A stretch of DNA of 63,830 nucleotides, the filler included, from Reticulomyxa filosa (lineage: Eukaryota > Protista > Foraminifera): NCBI GenBank assembly GCA_000512085.1. It is 20 parts of 20 records of this genome, joined end to end, with 100 filler letters (N's around TTAATTAATTAA, not from the genome) between each part and the next. Parts side by side here need not be neighbours in the genome. Positions count along the whole stretch, not along the records: positions 1 to 3,571 come from ASPP01027574.1; positions 3,672 to 5,450 come from ASPP01001743.1; positions 5,551 to 7,082 come from ASPP01003832.1; positions 7,183 to 10,582 come from ASPP01009805.1; positions 10,683 to 12,597 come from ASPP01026867.1; 15 more parts are not named here. One strand, 5' to 3'. Below are positions 1 through 12,070 of the stretch, one piece after another; the first letter of the stretch is position 1; the number at the start of each line of letters is the position of its first letter. Both the position numbers and the translations under genes were made by a program. The notes beneath the pieces were generated by a model that ran no database searches, was not told the origin of the DNA, and saw only the letters and a list, made by a program, of their open reading frames with translations.

Positions 1-38
<38 letters not shown>

Positions 39-55
39 AAATGATCCAACATACC

Positions 56-510
56 ATTTGTCCAAAAGAACACTGGGTCTGTGGCAGGGTTTCCCAAACT
101 TTCAACAAACCAATAAAAAATGTAACGCGGATTGGATGGATCCACGTTAATGTATCCAGAAAACTATTTTACGTTTTTTGATGGGAGCGAATCGTTATGA
201 GCGTTCGGGGTTAAAAAGGAAAGAGGGAGGAAAGGAACAAAAAGAATATGATGGCGAATCTGCGCCAGTGAAATGCAAGTCCATACCATAGTAAAATCAG
301 CACCCGAAGGCAAACCAGGTAAGGATGTGATTTGACTTTGCAGAGTTGCTGCTGGGTAGTCAGGTCGCATACCATAGGCTGTGGGCAAGACATTTTTGAT
401 TTGTAGTTGATTTTTTTACTGACAACATGTTCGGGATATAATTTCTTTCAAATTCTTTCAGTCTTACCTGAAGCAGCAAAATAAAAAGCACCCAATAAAG
501 TATACAACAT
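56..510 (-). CDS. Serine carboxypeptidase (peptidase S10), first three exons, 3'-truncated by window start
   Basis: Manual splicing (GTAAG..CAG, GTATG..TAG) gives MLYTLLGAFYFAASAYGMRPDYPAATLQSQITSLPGLPSGADFTMFSGYINVDPSNPRYIFYWFVESLGNPATDPVFFWTNG: signal peptide plus the S10 motifs ITSLPG, SGYINV, FYWFVES, DPVxxWxNG. Confidence 0.92.
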
Positions 511-917
511 CTTTGTTCAATAAGATCAATACCACGAACAATCAAATTAATAAAATTGGGGTTCAATAAAATGCCTTGTTTGCTTCAGCTCTTGTTCTAG
601 GTGAATAATCATTTAATTTATCATCTCAAACACAATTTAGTAGTCTCTCTTTAGTTAGATACTTGTTGAAAGCACGGCAACGTACTGATTAATTACATAC
701 AAAACTTTTTAAAAAAGAAAATCCTTTACCAGTTTGATTTTTTGGAGTATGGTTTATCAACAGAAAAAAATTAGAAGTCGTACATCTCTCTTTAAATACA
801 GATCATTCCAATGAACTGCAATTCAACTGACTTTACTACAACTTTCTGAGTCGCAGGAGTTTTTTCTTTCGGAATAAAAAGGGATATTTTTTGTTACATT
901 AGGCAGTGGCTGACACA

Positions 918-1572
918 ATGTCGAAAGCCCTTGTGAAAATTGGGTCAAAAAAATATGGACTGAAACTAGCGAATTTGACAGTTGAAAGTTTGAAAAAACA
1001 GATAATAGAATTGAGCAAAAGCGAACAACAGGGCAACGCATTGATAAAAGTCACTGACCCGAATGGATGTAATATTGAAACAAATCAACATCTTAGAAGA
1101 CTTGTTAAAGATGGCCGCCTTCTTTTCTTTGCTGAATTTCAGCCAAGTTATTTCTTTTATTTCAAGAGTGCATAGCCGTTGTGATTAACATCTTGCAAAA
1201 TAAATTAAACTAAAATATTTGATAGAACCTACAAAGAAGAAAGATGTAGAAGAAAAAAAAGAAACAACAACATCATTAGCACCATCATCATTATCACTAT
1301 CTTCGAATGAAATGAAGAATCCCTTGGTGTTATTGGCAGGAGCAATAAAATACAAAAAAATGGCATATTTGCAAAATGTCAAAAATGATCTGATTCTATT
1401 ACAAAAACTTTTTAAAGAAAAATTTGGTTATCAAGTATTTAATACCTTTAATTTACAAAATATAAGTACTGAATCACTTACTTTGAATGATTTGAATAAG
1501 TTTATTTTAAAATATGTTTTAAATTTAAATGATAATACAAATAAGAAATCATATGATGGATTAATATTTTGA
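918..1572 (+). pseudogene. Caspase-like (peptidase C14-type) domain protein, truncated before the catalytic His
   Basis: Two exons (intron about 1147-1225). NPLVLLAGAIKY..LQNVKNDLILLQKLFKEKFGYQV..YDGLIF resembles the first strands/helix of the caspase-hemoglobinase fold, but TGA falls where the GHG motif should follow. Confidence 0.55.
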
Positions 1573-2262
1573 ATCAATTATAATATTTTTTAAAAAATTA
1601 ATTCATCATTTACATTCAAGTAATTTGTATCTTTTTCCAGCACATTTTGATGAAAAAGTAAAAAACTCTTTATTAATTTTGGATTAGAAACTACCCTTTT
1701 TTAAAAACTAAGAAAACATCGTATGAAAGTGAAAGTAGATTGCTTGACTAAAAAAAAATAGTACTTGAAAGACGACTTTTTTAAAACTATGTCAATCAAA
1801 TGTTAAAAACATACTACAAAATCTTTCGACTCACAAAATTTACGAAAAGACAACAACTCATAATAAACGCACCAACTACCACAAAATCATGTTTATTGCA
1901 AAACCACCCAAAACAAATGAAAAAAAACATATTGTTGAAGTAAAAATTATTAACAAATAAAACACCAATTTAAAATTTTTTATGGATTTTTTCATAGTAT
2001 CCCTTCTTGCTTGTGTTTTGATTTTACAAAAAAAAGATAAAAGTAAAAATTAAAAAATAATAGAATTAAAAAAAGGCGAGAAGGGTTGCCTTCAATATAG
2101 CACATAAAGGGTACAAAAAAAAACAAAAATTGCTAAATACTTTCCAAGTTAAAAAAATTTCAAAAATAAAAACGTAGAAAAAGAGAACAAAAAAATCTGT
2201 CAGTTTTTCTGGATTCGGTCAAGAACTTAATGCATCCATCATTTTCTAAACTTTTTCACTGA

Positions 2263-3443
2263 CTAAAAAAATTGACTGACAATTGAATTCGATGGTCGTT
2301 GGAGAATGGAGGAGGTCATTGTTGTGGAATGTTGAGCCACTGTGTTTTGATTTGCACTGCAACAGTGTAGAAGAGGAGTTGTCAAAACGGATGTTTTGTT
2401 CGTGTTGTATTTTATTCCATGATCAGCTTGCTGTTGAGCAGTGATCACATGATTCATCCCAAGAAATATATCTCCTTTGTTTTTTTTGATATTTTGGAAA
2501 GCATGTTCTTTTTTTGCTTCGTCTGCGTTATTAGTGGACTGTACACTACCAAGAAATGAACAAAATGGATGCATGGACAACTGTGCGATATTAATGCGTG
2601 CAAATTCGGGTTGCAACATTTGGTTTAAGATATCAAATGTTTCAAAAGTTATCCAACAAAGTGCTTTTTGCTCCAACAAATATTGTAACAAGCGCTTTTG
2701 TAAAATAACAAGAAACATGTCATCATCCAAATCGGCGTGGCGAAAAGGATAGCGACAAAACAACAACAAGTAAAGAATGACGCCTAAAGTCCAAATGTCC
2801 GCTTTGAAAGGATCATAGCTATCCTTAATTCCGTCCCGTAACAGCATGTCATACATGTGGATTACTACCTCCAATGATGCACTCACTCCACATTGCTGCT
2901 GTTGCATCTGCATACATGCCAGCAACAATTGAGCACGTTTCGCGGATACCTCCGCGATACGTACCTTCCGTCGTGTTTCATCGCTCATGCGCACTTCAAA
3001 CGCCTTATATCCAGGCTTTCCAACATTTTCACAATGACGAACATCCCCATGTTTGTCGCAGTTCATGTCAAACGTAGAATCTCTCTTTTGTCTTGTTCTC
3101 ATACTGTCGTTAATTACTCCATTATTTGCATTTGTATTCGTATTTGCATTGGACTTTTGTTCTTCTTCTTCTTCCTCGTTGTGATTGCTGTCATTGTTAT
3201 TACTGAAGTCAACACTGACTCCGAAATCGATGATTTGGATTTGAGGATGGAAGATGTCTTCATTTCGAATTAACACATTTTCCAAAGACAAATCCAAATG
3301 ACATATGCGTTTGCTATGCAGCCACGCAACTGTCGACACAATCTGTCCAAATATGTGTTGCACCATTTGCAAACGCAAGTACGTATCCTCCTTTGGGCAA
3401 TATGCAAACGGATTGGCTGATATTATCAATTGCTGACGCGAGT
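2263..3443 (-). CDS. Ser/Thr protein kinase (CAMK-like), C-lobe, 5'-truncated
   Basis: HLDLSLENVL catalytic loop, IIDFG, VGKPGYKAFE, YDPFKADIWTLGVILY, RINIAQLSMHPF. Confidence 0.9.
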
Positions 3444-3526
3444 CTAATAAAAAAACATGTTCAGTTTTTTTCTTGTTATTTTTTTTTTTTTTTCAAAAAT
3501 TAAAAAAAAAAAAAATTAGTTAATTG

Positions 3527-3568
<42 letters not shown>

Positions 3569-3571
3569 TTT

Positions 3572-3671
3572 NNNNNNNNNNNNNNNNNNNNNNNNNNNNN
3601 NNNNNNNNNNNNNNNTTAATTAATTAANNNNNNNNNNNNNNNNNNNNNNNNNNNNNNNNNNNNNNNNNNNN
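3572..3671. other. Artificial contig-joining linker N44-TTAATTAATTAA-N44 (first of 19)
   Basis: Identical 100-nt block with stops in all six frames, starting at 3572, 5451, 7083, 10583, 12598, 15125, 17664, 20859, 23700, 25568, 27422, 30697, 33181, 36531, 38939, 46374, 53261, 60864 and 62269. Confidence 0.98.
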
Positions 3672-3814
3672 AATATAAATATATTTTTGTAAAAAAAAAA
3701 AAAAAAAAAAAAAAATACTTTTTTTTTTTTTTTGAAATAGGACAGGAAAGAGGGAAAAAAAAGGGGTTACAAAAATTTTTTTTTGTGGTTCTCTGAACAT
3801 TTTGTGTACACTAG

Positions 3815-4618
3815 GTCCCTGACTACATAAAATCGAAATCAGTGGCGGAAGAAACGGCTTGGGAATTTGTGAAGAAACACAACAATCCCTTTGAATTGGT
3901 TTGTGTCCATCCAACACTGGTGCTGGGACCAATACTTAGTGGCCGATTGCCAGACAGTATGAAAACACTCGTTGCCATGATGAACGGCGAATTTCCGTTT
4001 GTCCCCAATTTGCATTGGTCGATTGTGGATGTCCGAGACGTCGCTCAAGCCATTCAAAAGGCCTTGAAGGCACCCAATGCCAATGGAAACAGATACATGT
4101 TGTCTGGAGAAAATTTATGGTTTATTGATATGGCACATGTATAAAAAAAAAAGATTTTTTTATTTTTATTTATTTTTATACGTACCGAAATTTCGTATTT
4201 TTTTTTTTTTTGTGCAAAAAAAAATATGCGAAAAAAAAAACAACAGCTTATTAAATCACTGTTTCCTGAGCATCCAGTTCCAACTCGAATTGGACCGACA
4301 GCAGTTGTTAAAGCAGTGGCATTGGTTGATCCTTTGGTTCGTGACTTTGTTGCGCCAATTTGTGATGTGACCAGATTTGTTGATATCACTCCGTCACTTA
4401 AAGATTTGGGAGTGGTCTATCATCCAGGTTATGAGACAATCCGAGATGGGTGCCAATCTCTGTTGGACCATCGCATTTGTAACCCACCATCAAAGCTTAA
4501 AACTTTTCTTCAGGAATATGGTCCTTCTATTGCCAGTTTGGGAGTTGTTGGAGGACTCGTTTATTTGGGAAAAACGGGAAAGTTGGACGCTCTCAAAAGT
4601 AAAATTGGCCTTAAATAA
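3815..4618 (+). CDS. NAD-dependent epimerase/dehydratase (extended SDR, DFR/CCR-like), 5'-truncated, intron 4139-4246
   Basis: YIKSKSVAEETAWEF (YxxxK), VHPTLVLGP, IVDVRDVAQA, NGNRY, LKDLG..TIRD; hydrophobic C-terminal segment. Confidence 0.9.
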
Positions 4619-6399
4619 TTCAAATGAATTTTTTTGAAACCTTCCTTTTCAAAAAATCTTTCATATTTTCAAAATTTTTTTGTGAGGTTTTTATTTGTTC
4701 ATTATAAAAATTTAAAAAAGCAATGAGATAAGTAAAAACAAAAAGACGGTTAAACTTCTTGCATTTTGTTTTCCCACACACCTGAAATGAAATGATTTTT
4801 AGAATGTTTAATATTTTGCAGATCAATCATTGAATTTTTGAATGTGATACATGCTACAAAGTTTCAAGAAAATTCAGCCAAACAGCCAATTTTGTTGCGT
4901 AAATGCGTGATTAGGAATTTATGTTTTTTACATTTTAATTCAACGTGTGTTAAGACTTCAGGCTCTTTTTGAAAATGCTATTGAAAAACATATGATTTAC
5001 TCATGCATCAAATAGTTATCATCCGTTCCTTTAACACTTAAAATTGAATTATAGGAACTTTCCCTACAAATGTTACGTTTGTTCATTCAATATATTTCAT
5101 ACCAATTTAAATTCAGTAATTATTTACTTCATATCAATTATTAATTGTTGTATTATCAAATATGTTGGTCACGTAGTTATATTAAAATGTTGCAATGTCA
5201 GCATAGAAAATATAGTGTAGATACTTTTTAAAAAAAGATTAGTTTTGTATCTTTTATAATTTTCAACAAAATTTTAAAATTTTTTTTTGTAATGTTTTTA
5301 GGCATTGGCTCAATTAGAGCTTAACATGGCTTAATATCAGTTTTTTCAAATATTTTTTCAAAGTTTTCACAAAGTTATTGTTTGTTGTTAGTTTTTTTGC
5401 ATGTATATAATTTTTCTTTAATTATCTAACAAATGCTCTCAATTGGATTTNNNNNNNNNNNNNNNNNNNNNNNNNNNNNNNNNNNNNNNNNNNNTTAATT
5501 AATTAANNNNNNNNNNNNNNNNNNNNNNNNNNNNNNNNNNNNNNNNNNNNAGTATCCGTGTCTTTGTTACCGCTTGACAAGACCAACTTTGTGTTTACTT
5601 ACGAACTTGACACCAACTCTACTTCGAAAAGCTCTATGAAGAAAACTTCCTTCTTGCATTGAAGGAACATCTTAAACTATTCAATGTTTTTTTGAATAGA
5701 TTTTTTTTATTTATCCATATTTCTTTAAAAAAAAAATGATTGTTAAAATTTATCTTTTTTTTTTCTGTGCATATGCATCAACACCAAAAAAGATACATTT
5801 AAGAATGATGGAAAAAAAAAGCTGATTATTGCTAAAGGCAGGAAAATCAATATCATTGAAAATAGTTTGAAAATGATGTATTTATGATTTGTTTTTCTTT
5901 TGGAAATTTTTAACGTACTTGTGGCTTATTCTTTTTTTTAATTAATGAGATTATGTACACATAGAATCAACCAAAATCATTTTACTTTTTTTGAATAAAA
6001 TACTATTTGATTTTCCTCAAAAAAGAATTTGTATTTTTTTTCTATCAAACTTTGTAAGCCTGTGTCTGTTTTCAAAAATTAATCTTTGATACTTGCAAAC
6101 AAAGCACTCACACCTCATAAGCAACCTTTTAACTCTCTTACTTAAAGTCATTTGTCTTTAAAAAAAAAGATATGTATACATTATTACAAAAGAGTAAAAT
6201 ATCAAAATCAATCAGAAAGGAGTCCTTTGCGTATTATTTATCACATATTCCTTTACAACTGATTCATCAAATCATATAGATCAAAGAATTGTATAATCTT
6301 TGAAAACAATGTCTATTTTTAACAAAAAAACATTTAATTCCCATGTGCACAATTTTGTTTTCAACAAAAAATCCTTTTTAAAATATTTTTTCATTTTTT

Positions 6400-7082
6400 T
6401 TTTTTTTGAATAATAATATACTAGTTTTGTAAGTAAACACATTTAATACATTTTGGATATAATTTCATAACATTTTAACATTACAACAATTGAAACAAAC
6501 TTTGAGGATATTCAAATTAGAGTGGATATCACTTCCAACGAACAAATAAAAATCAATATCAAATCATCTCAAATGTGATATTTCTTTTTGACAGCAACAA
6601 GTCTTTCAAAAGCAAAATAAGCAAGATTTTGAAATGGTGTAATGAAATAATCGACATTGATCACAAGGAGTGTATGTGTGTCAAATCAATATAGTTTTCG
6701 TATCATCTTATCATTTTTGACAATGAAACATACTTCACCACATGTACTGAGTGATATAAAAAAACTTGATATATCTCCTGGAAAAATACAATCTCAATTA
6801 TGTAAAATAATTTCTTTATTCATCACGCTGTGATTGAAGTAATCTCATTTCATTCGTTTCTTCAATAATATAAAGTGTGGAAATGTCTTTGTATCATACT
6901 CAACTTCTTCAAAAAACTTTGCTTGATCCAATTCAAATACTTATATGTGGAAAAAATCCCAATTAATTTCAATCAGAATATTCAAAATATGTTACTACAT
7001 TAATGGAAAATTTGAAGTATCTTTAACAAAATGATGCCATTTACACTGAGAGTTAGCATGAAGTAAATTTCATTTCAAAATA
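6400..7082 (-). pseudogene. Decayed coding relic, family not identified
   Basis: Short protein-like stretches (VFELDQAKFFEEVEYDTKTFPHF; VDYFITPFQNLAYFAFERLVAV) broken by stops and frameshifts. Confidence 0.25.
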
Positions 7083-7238
7083 NNNNNNNNNNNNNNNNNN
7101 NNNNNNNNNNNNNNNNNNNNNNNNNNTTAATTAATTAANNNNNNNNNNNNNNNNNNNNNNNNNNNNNNNNNNNNNNNNNNNNTTTTTTTTTTTTTTTTTA
7201 CCCCCTTTTTTTTTTTTTTTTTTTTTGAAAAACTCAAC

Positions 7239-7511
7239 TTGCAGTAACACTTTTTGCATGGAACGCAAAAAACTCTCATTGTCAATAATTAGCTCTTTGG
7301 GAGGAAGCTTCTCCGGCAAGTCCTTTATACCCACTTGCATGGCTGCTTCTCGCAATATCCCATAGTCCAAATTCGATAACATGTGCGCCACAAACGACGG
7401 CTTCGGTTCCATTTCTATTTGTGTCACCAAGACTGGCTCTATTATCAACGCGTCATTCGATTTGCAATTTGGCTGAAGGCACAATAGATGATTATGTGTT
7501 AATAATTTCAT
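7239..7511 (-). CDS. TRM112: Methyltransferase activator Trm112, exon 1 (3'-truncated by contig end)
   Basis: MKLLTHNHLLC..FVAHMLSNLDYGILREAA..LP..NESFLRSMQKVLLQ is the Trm112 signature. Confidence 0.93.
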
Positions 7512-7924
7512 TTAATTCAGATCAAGGATGACGAATTTTTATCCAATTTATATTTTGAATTTTTTTTTCCCAACAGTTCACTCCCCTTTTTCGTTTATAA
7601 TGTCAATGAAAAAACAAGCAAAAAAATTTTTGTTTGGATAATCTTTTGTTTAAGTCAGTTTGAGACTACCCAAAGACTGCTTGAAAAAATGTTGAAAATT
7701 TGCAGATATTAATATAATTCAAAAAGTTTAATTACAAACTTATATTTAAAAGAAAAAGTTGAAAAAAGTCAAATTGCAGATAAAACAACGTTAAAAAGTT
7801 TATTTAATTACAAGAGCACGACAAAATTTTTTAAAGTCTGCCATATGTTTTTTTACAACAAAAAAAAGGGGTGAGGAACAGCCCGTTTAATTTGCTGACT
7901 CAAATTTTTTTTGCCACGCGAAAA

Positions 7925-8445
7925 TTAATCGTGGTGAATTGACCACAAGAGGGAATTATTAGTGCACACTAAAAATCCAATTTGAAAAATGGCAGTGTGC
8001 CAAAGGCAATGTAGGAACACATAGATTGGCAAAGAAGGGCAAATTTCTGAGAAAAACAATACAGAAAATGCAGCTAACGAATATATGGTCATTCTTTTCC
8101 ATTTGAAATGACCTTTTTTTTTTGCTGCATTTTAGTTATGTGAAAAATGGTATAAAAAGCCGCCATTAAGGCTGCAACTCGATCTGCAATTAGCAAGTGC
8201 CCTCCATACCATACAGGCTCGCCAAAAAATCCTTCCAATTCTACTCTCTTGTCGATCCGAAGCAATGTAAACCAAAACTTCAGAGAGGTGTTGATTTCAT
8301 TTGTTTCCACCAAGTGGAACAATAATGAACACGTCATACTCAATGCAAAAAATATACATCCTAGCCACTTCTTACGCTCCGCTAATGTCACACACGTTGG
8401 AATGGCCGCGAGATTTGAAAGTGAGACTACTAGATTTATGAGCAT
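7925..8445 (-). CDS. CREST-superfamily (TMEM8/PGAP6/myomaker-like) membrane protein, one frameshift in an A10 run at 8114-8123
   Basis: Frame 1: LSNLAAIP..SLLFH..ADR. Adding one A continues GHFKWKRMTIYSLAAFSVLFFSEICPSLPIYVFLHCLWHTAIF..HHD*. SxxxH, D and HxxWH are the CREST motifs; joined length 173 aa. Confidence 0.7.
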
Positions 8446-8677
8446 TTTTTTTGATTCAGTTCGAACTTGAAGACAACAGCTTGGTTTTTTACGTTGCCAA
8501 TAATTGATAAATTATATGCCACAAATTCAGATTTAGACAAATAAAAAAACTAGTTTTAATTTGCTGCATTTTTTAAATACGACATGGCTTGAAGGTATAA
8601 CGTCAATGCGAGCTTTTCATTCGACGGAAAGGGAGAAAAAACTCGTGGCAAAAAAAAAACCCCACCAAAAAGTCGGA

Positions 8678-9984
8678 ATGGGAAACAAATACTCTCTTTC
8701 GAAATGGAAAAAGACGTCAGTTATTCCAGATCTTGAGCAGTACATTTGGCAGGAATTAACAGTTTTGAACATACTGCTTCCTTTTTTTTTTTTGCCACCG
8801 AAAGTCTGGAACAAAACAAAACAAAGTTAGAAAAGGAAATCAGTATTATTTTAGAGCATTGGTTGTGGAAATATGTGCAAAGTGATCATGGATGGATACC
8901 AGCGTTTAATGAAATAATTGAAAATTATGTAAATTTTGTCGCTCCATTGTTTTCGTTTAAATTATTTTGTTTATTTTATTTTATTTTTATTAAAAAAAAC
9001 AATTAAAACATTGCAATGACTTGTTGGTTATGAAATCTATGTTAAATATAGATAACAACAAAACGACACGACAAAAACAAGAGCGTATCACCAGAAGCAA
9101 TAGAGGGAGTTGTATTATCGGATGACGGGAAGAACATGGTGTCATGGTCATGGGACCGAACAATTCGATTATGGGACGTACTATCAAGAGACGAGCTCCA
9201 CTTGTTGGAAGGACATTTTAAAGCGGTATCAAATGCACAATTTTCACCAGATGGCTCCAAAGTAATATCTTGTTCATTTGGTGATACAATTCGATTGTGG
9301 GATGTAAAAACAGGACTGGAGATATCAGCATTCAGCTACGCTTTTTATCATGTAACATTTGTTCAATTTTCACCTGATGGAGATAAAATTTTGTGGTGTT
9401 CAAAAAACAATACGATTGTAATCTGGGATATGAAGCTGCAGACAAACACCCAGACATTCTGTGGTCACGAGAATGCTGTCACACAAGTTCAATTTTCACC
9501 AGATGGTCAAACTATTGTATCTTGTTCAGATGATAAAACTATTCGAATATGGGATGTAGCATCCACAATGTCCATTCAAACAATGAAAGGACATTTGAAG
9601 CGAATTACTGGAGTACATTTTTCACCCGATGGGCGTTGTGTTGTATCCTCTTCCGAGGACAAAACGGTTCGGGTGTGGAATACGTGGTCTGGACAGCAAC
9701 TGCTTTTATTGCAAGGGCATGAAAAAGGAGTCACCACGGCGAAATTTTCATCGGATGGACTTATCATTGCTTCCGGCTCTGAGGATAATACCATTCGATT
9801 GTGGAATGCAAAAACAGGAAAACTGGTGCAAATACTGAATGCCCATTTTAACTTTGTTACCGATTTACAATTTTCATTTGATGGTCACTTTTTTGTATCT
9901 TGTTCTTGGGACGGAACGATTCGATTCTGGAGAAGGCAGAAGAAATATCTTAATTCTTTGCAAGGTCTTACAAAAATACAATAG
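8678..9984 (+). CDS. WD40-repeat protein, multi-exon, possible N-myristoylation
   Basis: MGNKYS start, EISIILEHWL..GWIPAFNEIIENY N-terminal module, then about seven GH..FSPDG..IRLWD repeats at 9136-9984. The junction near 9000-9135 is not resolved. Confidence 0.88.
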
Positions 9985-10683
9985 CCTTGGGTGAAAATAA
10001 AATCATTTTTTTCTTTTCTTTTTTCTGATGATATTTTGGTAAGTATTGTCCAACTTTTTACTTTTTGTGGTTTCATTATTAATGGAATACCAATACAGCC
10101 ATTTGCTCTCCGAGCGCTTCTTTTTTCATTCTTTGAGAAGATAGTTCTGAAATATATATACCATTCTGGTTGTCGCCATATGCTGCCTTCACACGCGTAT
10201 TAATTTAGTCTATTTCTATCAAGTAACGCTGCAATTCTGTCGCATAGCGTGCAATCCGTTTGCAGTATGAGACAAGTAGGTTCGCTCATATTCTTACTCA
10301 TTGCAACACATCTTTCGGTAATAACAAGCTCGAAAAAAAGAAAAAAAGCAATTGTAGCATATTTTATTTCTTACTAGCTGAAATATATTTTGATAGAAAA
10401 CAAAGGGTATCCACAAAAAAGCTCAGTTTGAATGTTGAAAAAAACTCAACACGAGTGAGAGTAATAGAAAGTTGATCCGATTTTGCTGCCAAAAAAAAAA
10501 AAAGTGTAAACCAAAAATATTTATCACAACAAAAGTTATGACATCTAAAAAAAAAAAAAAAAAAAAAATTTGCATCTGATTGNNNNNNNNNNNNNNNNNN
10601 NNNNNNNNNNNNNNNNNNNNNNNNNNTTAATTAATTAANNNNNNNNNNNNNNNNNNNNNNNNNNNNNNNNNNNNNNNNNNNNC

Positions 10684-12070
10684 AGCAACACTAATTTGCT
10701 GACGAAGCAAACCACTAATGAGGACAACGAGAAGAAAGGAGCAGTTGATAAGACCCATTGCTCTTCAAATGTATCAGTAGAAGAAAACCACGAGGAAAAG
10801 AAGATATCATCGTCATCATCGTCATCATCATCGTCATCATCATCGAGCAAAGAGAGCGAAAAAGCCAAAGCGAATACAAACACTGGTGGATTGAGTTCTC
10901 GACATCGACATTTGATGGTTGGTGAAATGTTCATTTACAATGGAATTCAATTCCGAGTTATGAAATGTGAACCCAGCGATGGGTATATTCGACCGCAATC
11001 TTTGATTTATTGCAAAGGCGAAGCATTGGACGATGTGAAGGCTCTGTCGCTACAACCTGTGTATGAGTCTCTCCCCAATCATCACAAGTACATCAAATCC
11101 GAACAATTCCGCTCGGAATATGTCGCCCCTTTCTTTAAAGGACGTTTTCGCTTCATCGATCACCCAAGAGAACTCGACATTGACGGCGTCAGGGTTGTCG
11201 TTCGACGGACAACACCCGCTGCCGGCATCGTCACGGAGTTGACAAGTATCGATATACAGCCGTGTATCCGCGCTGACGAAGCACACCAAAAACAAGAGGA
11301 AGAAGACTTGGAAATGGCTCGAAGATTGCAACTGGAAGAAGATGAGCCTTCCAATTCCTCTGGGCTCATTTATTTACACCCTCGTCAAGAGTTTTGTTGT
11401 TGCTCACTATTTTTTTTTTTTATAGAGAGAGGGGGGGGAGGGGGAGAAAGAAAAGGAAATATGTGTTATACATGTACATATATGTACATGTGTTAGAATA
11501 TGCTCCTCCCCACCCCCTCCTCTTCTCTCTGCCTCATCGAAGTCGCATAGACAGTATATATTTATATATTTGATCAAAGATGGACCCTCGATCGCCACAT
11601 TGAACAAGAACCTTTGCCTGTTGCATTGATATCGTTGTTGCAGCAGCACCGTCAACAACACTCTAGTCAGCCTGCGCCAGTGCGGCAAGGGTTACCCAAC
11701 GGCGCCATTGATAGGCTTCCTGTCTACGAATATAAATCCTCGTCCGGAACCAATTCACTGCAAGATAAGGTCACTACCGAAGACAAAACTTGCAGAAGTT
11801 AAAATAAAACAAAATAAAATTAACTTACTGATCATGTAAATGTATATGTGTAATTTTTTTTTTTGGGGGGGGGGGAACGTGGGCACGAAACAAATGCATC
11901 CACAACTACTATGGCAAGTATGTCTTGTCGATTTCGGGAATGGCGATAAATTGCGTTGGATGCCTTGTTTCCATCGCTATCACCGAGAATGTATTGATAA
12001 ATGGCTGGAAATGAGCCGCAAATGTCCGATTTGCAAAACTGATGTTTCGCAATCACTGGGTCAAGATTGA
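10684..12070 (+). CDS. RING-H2 E3 ligase with UIM and tandem CDC48-N-subdomain-like repeats, 5'-truncated
   Basis: Spliced C-terminus GLPNGAIDRLP..CRICLVDFGNGDKLRWMPCFHRYHRECIDKWLEMSRKCPIC (RING-H2); EEEDLEMARRLQLEE (UIM-like); upstream FRVMKCEP..LIYCKGE and YVAPFF..VVVRRTTP. Confidence 0.85.
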
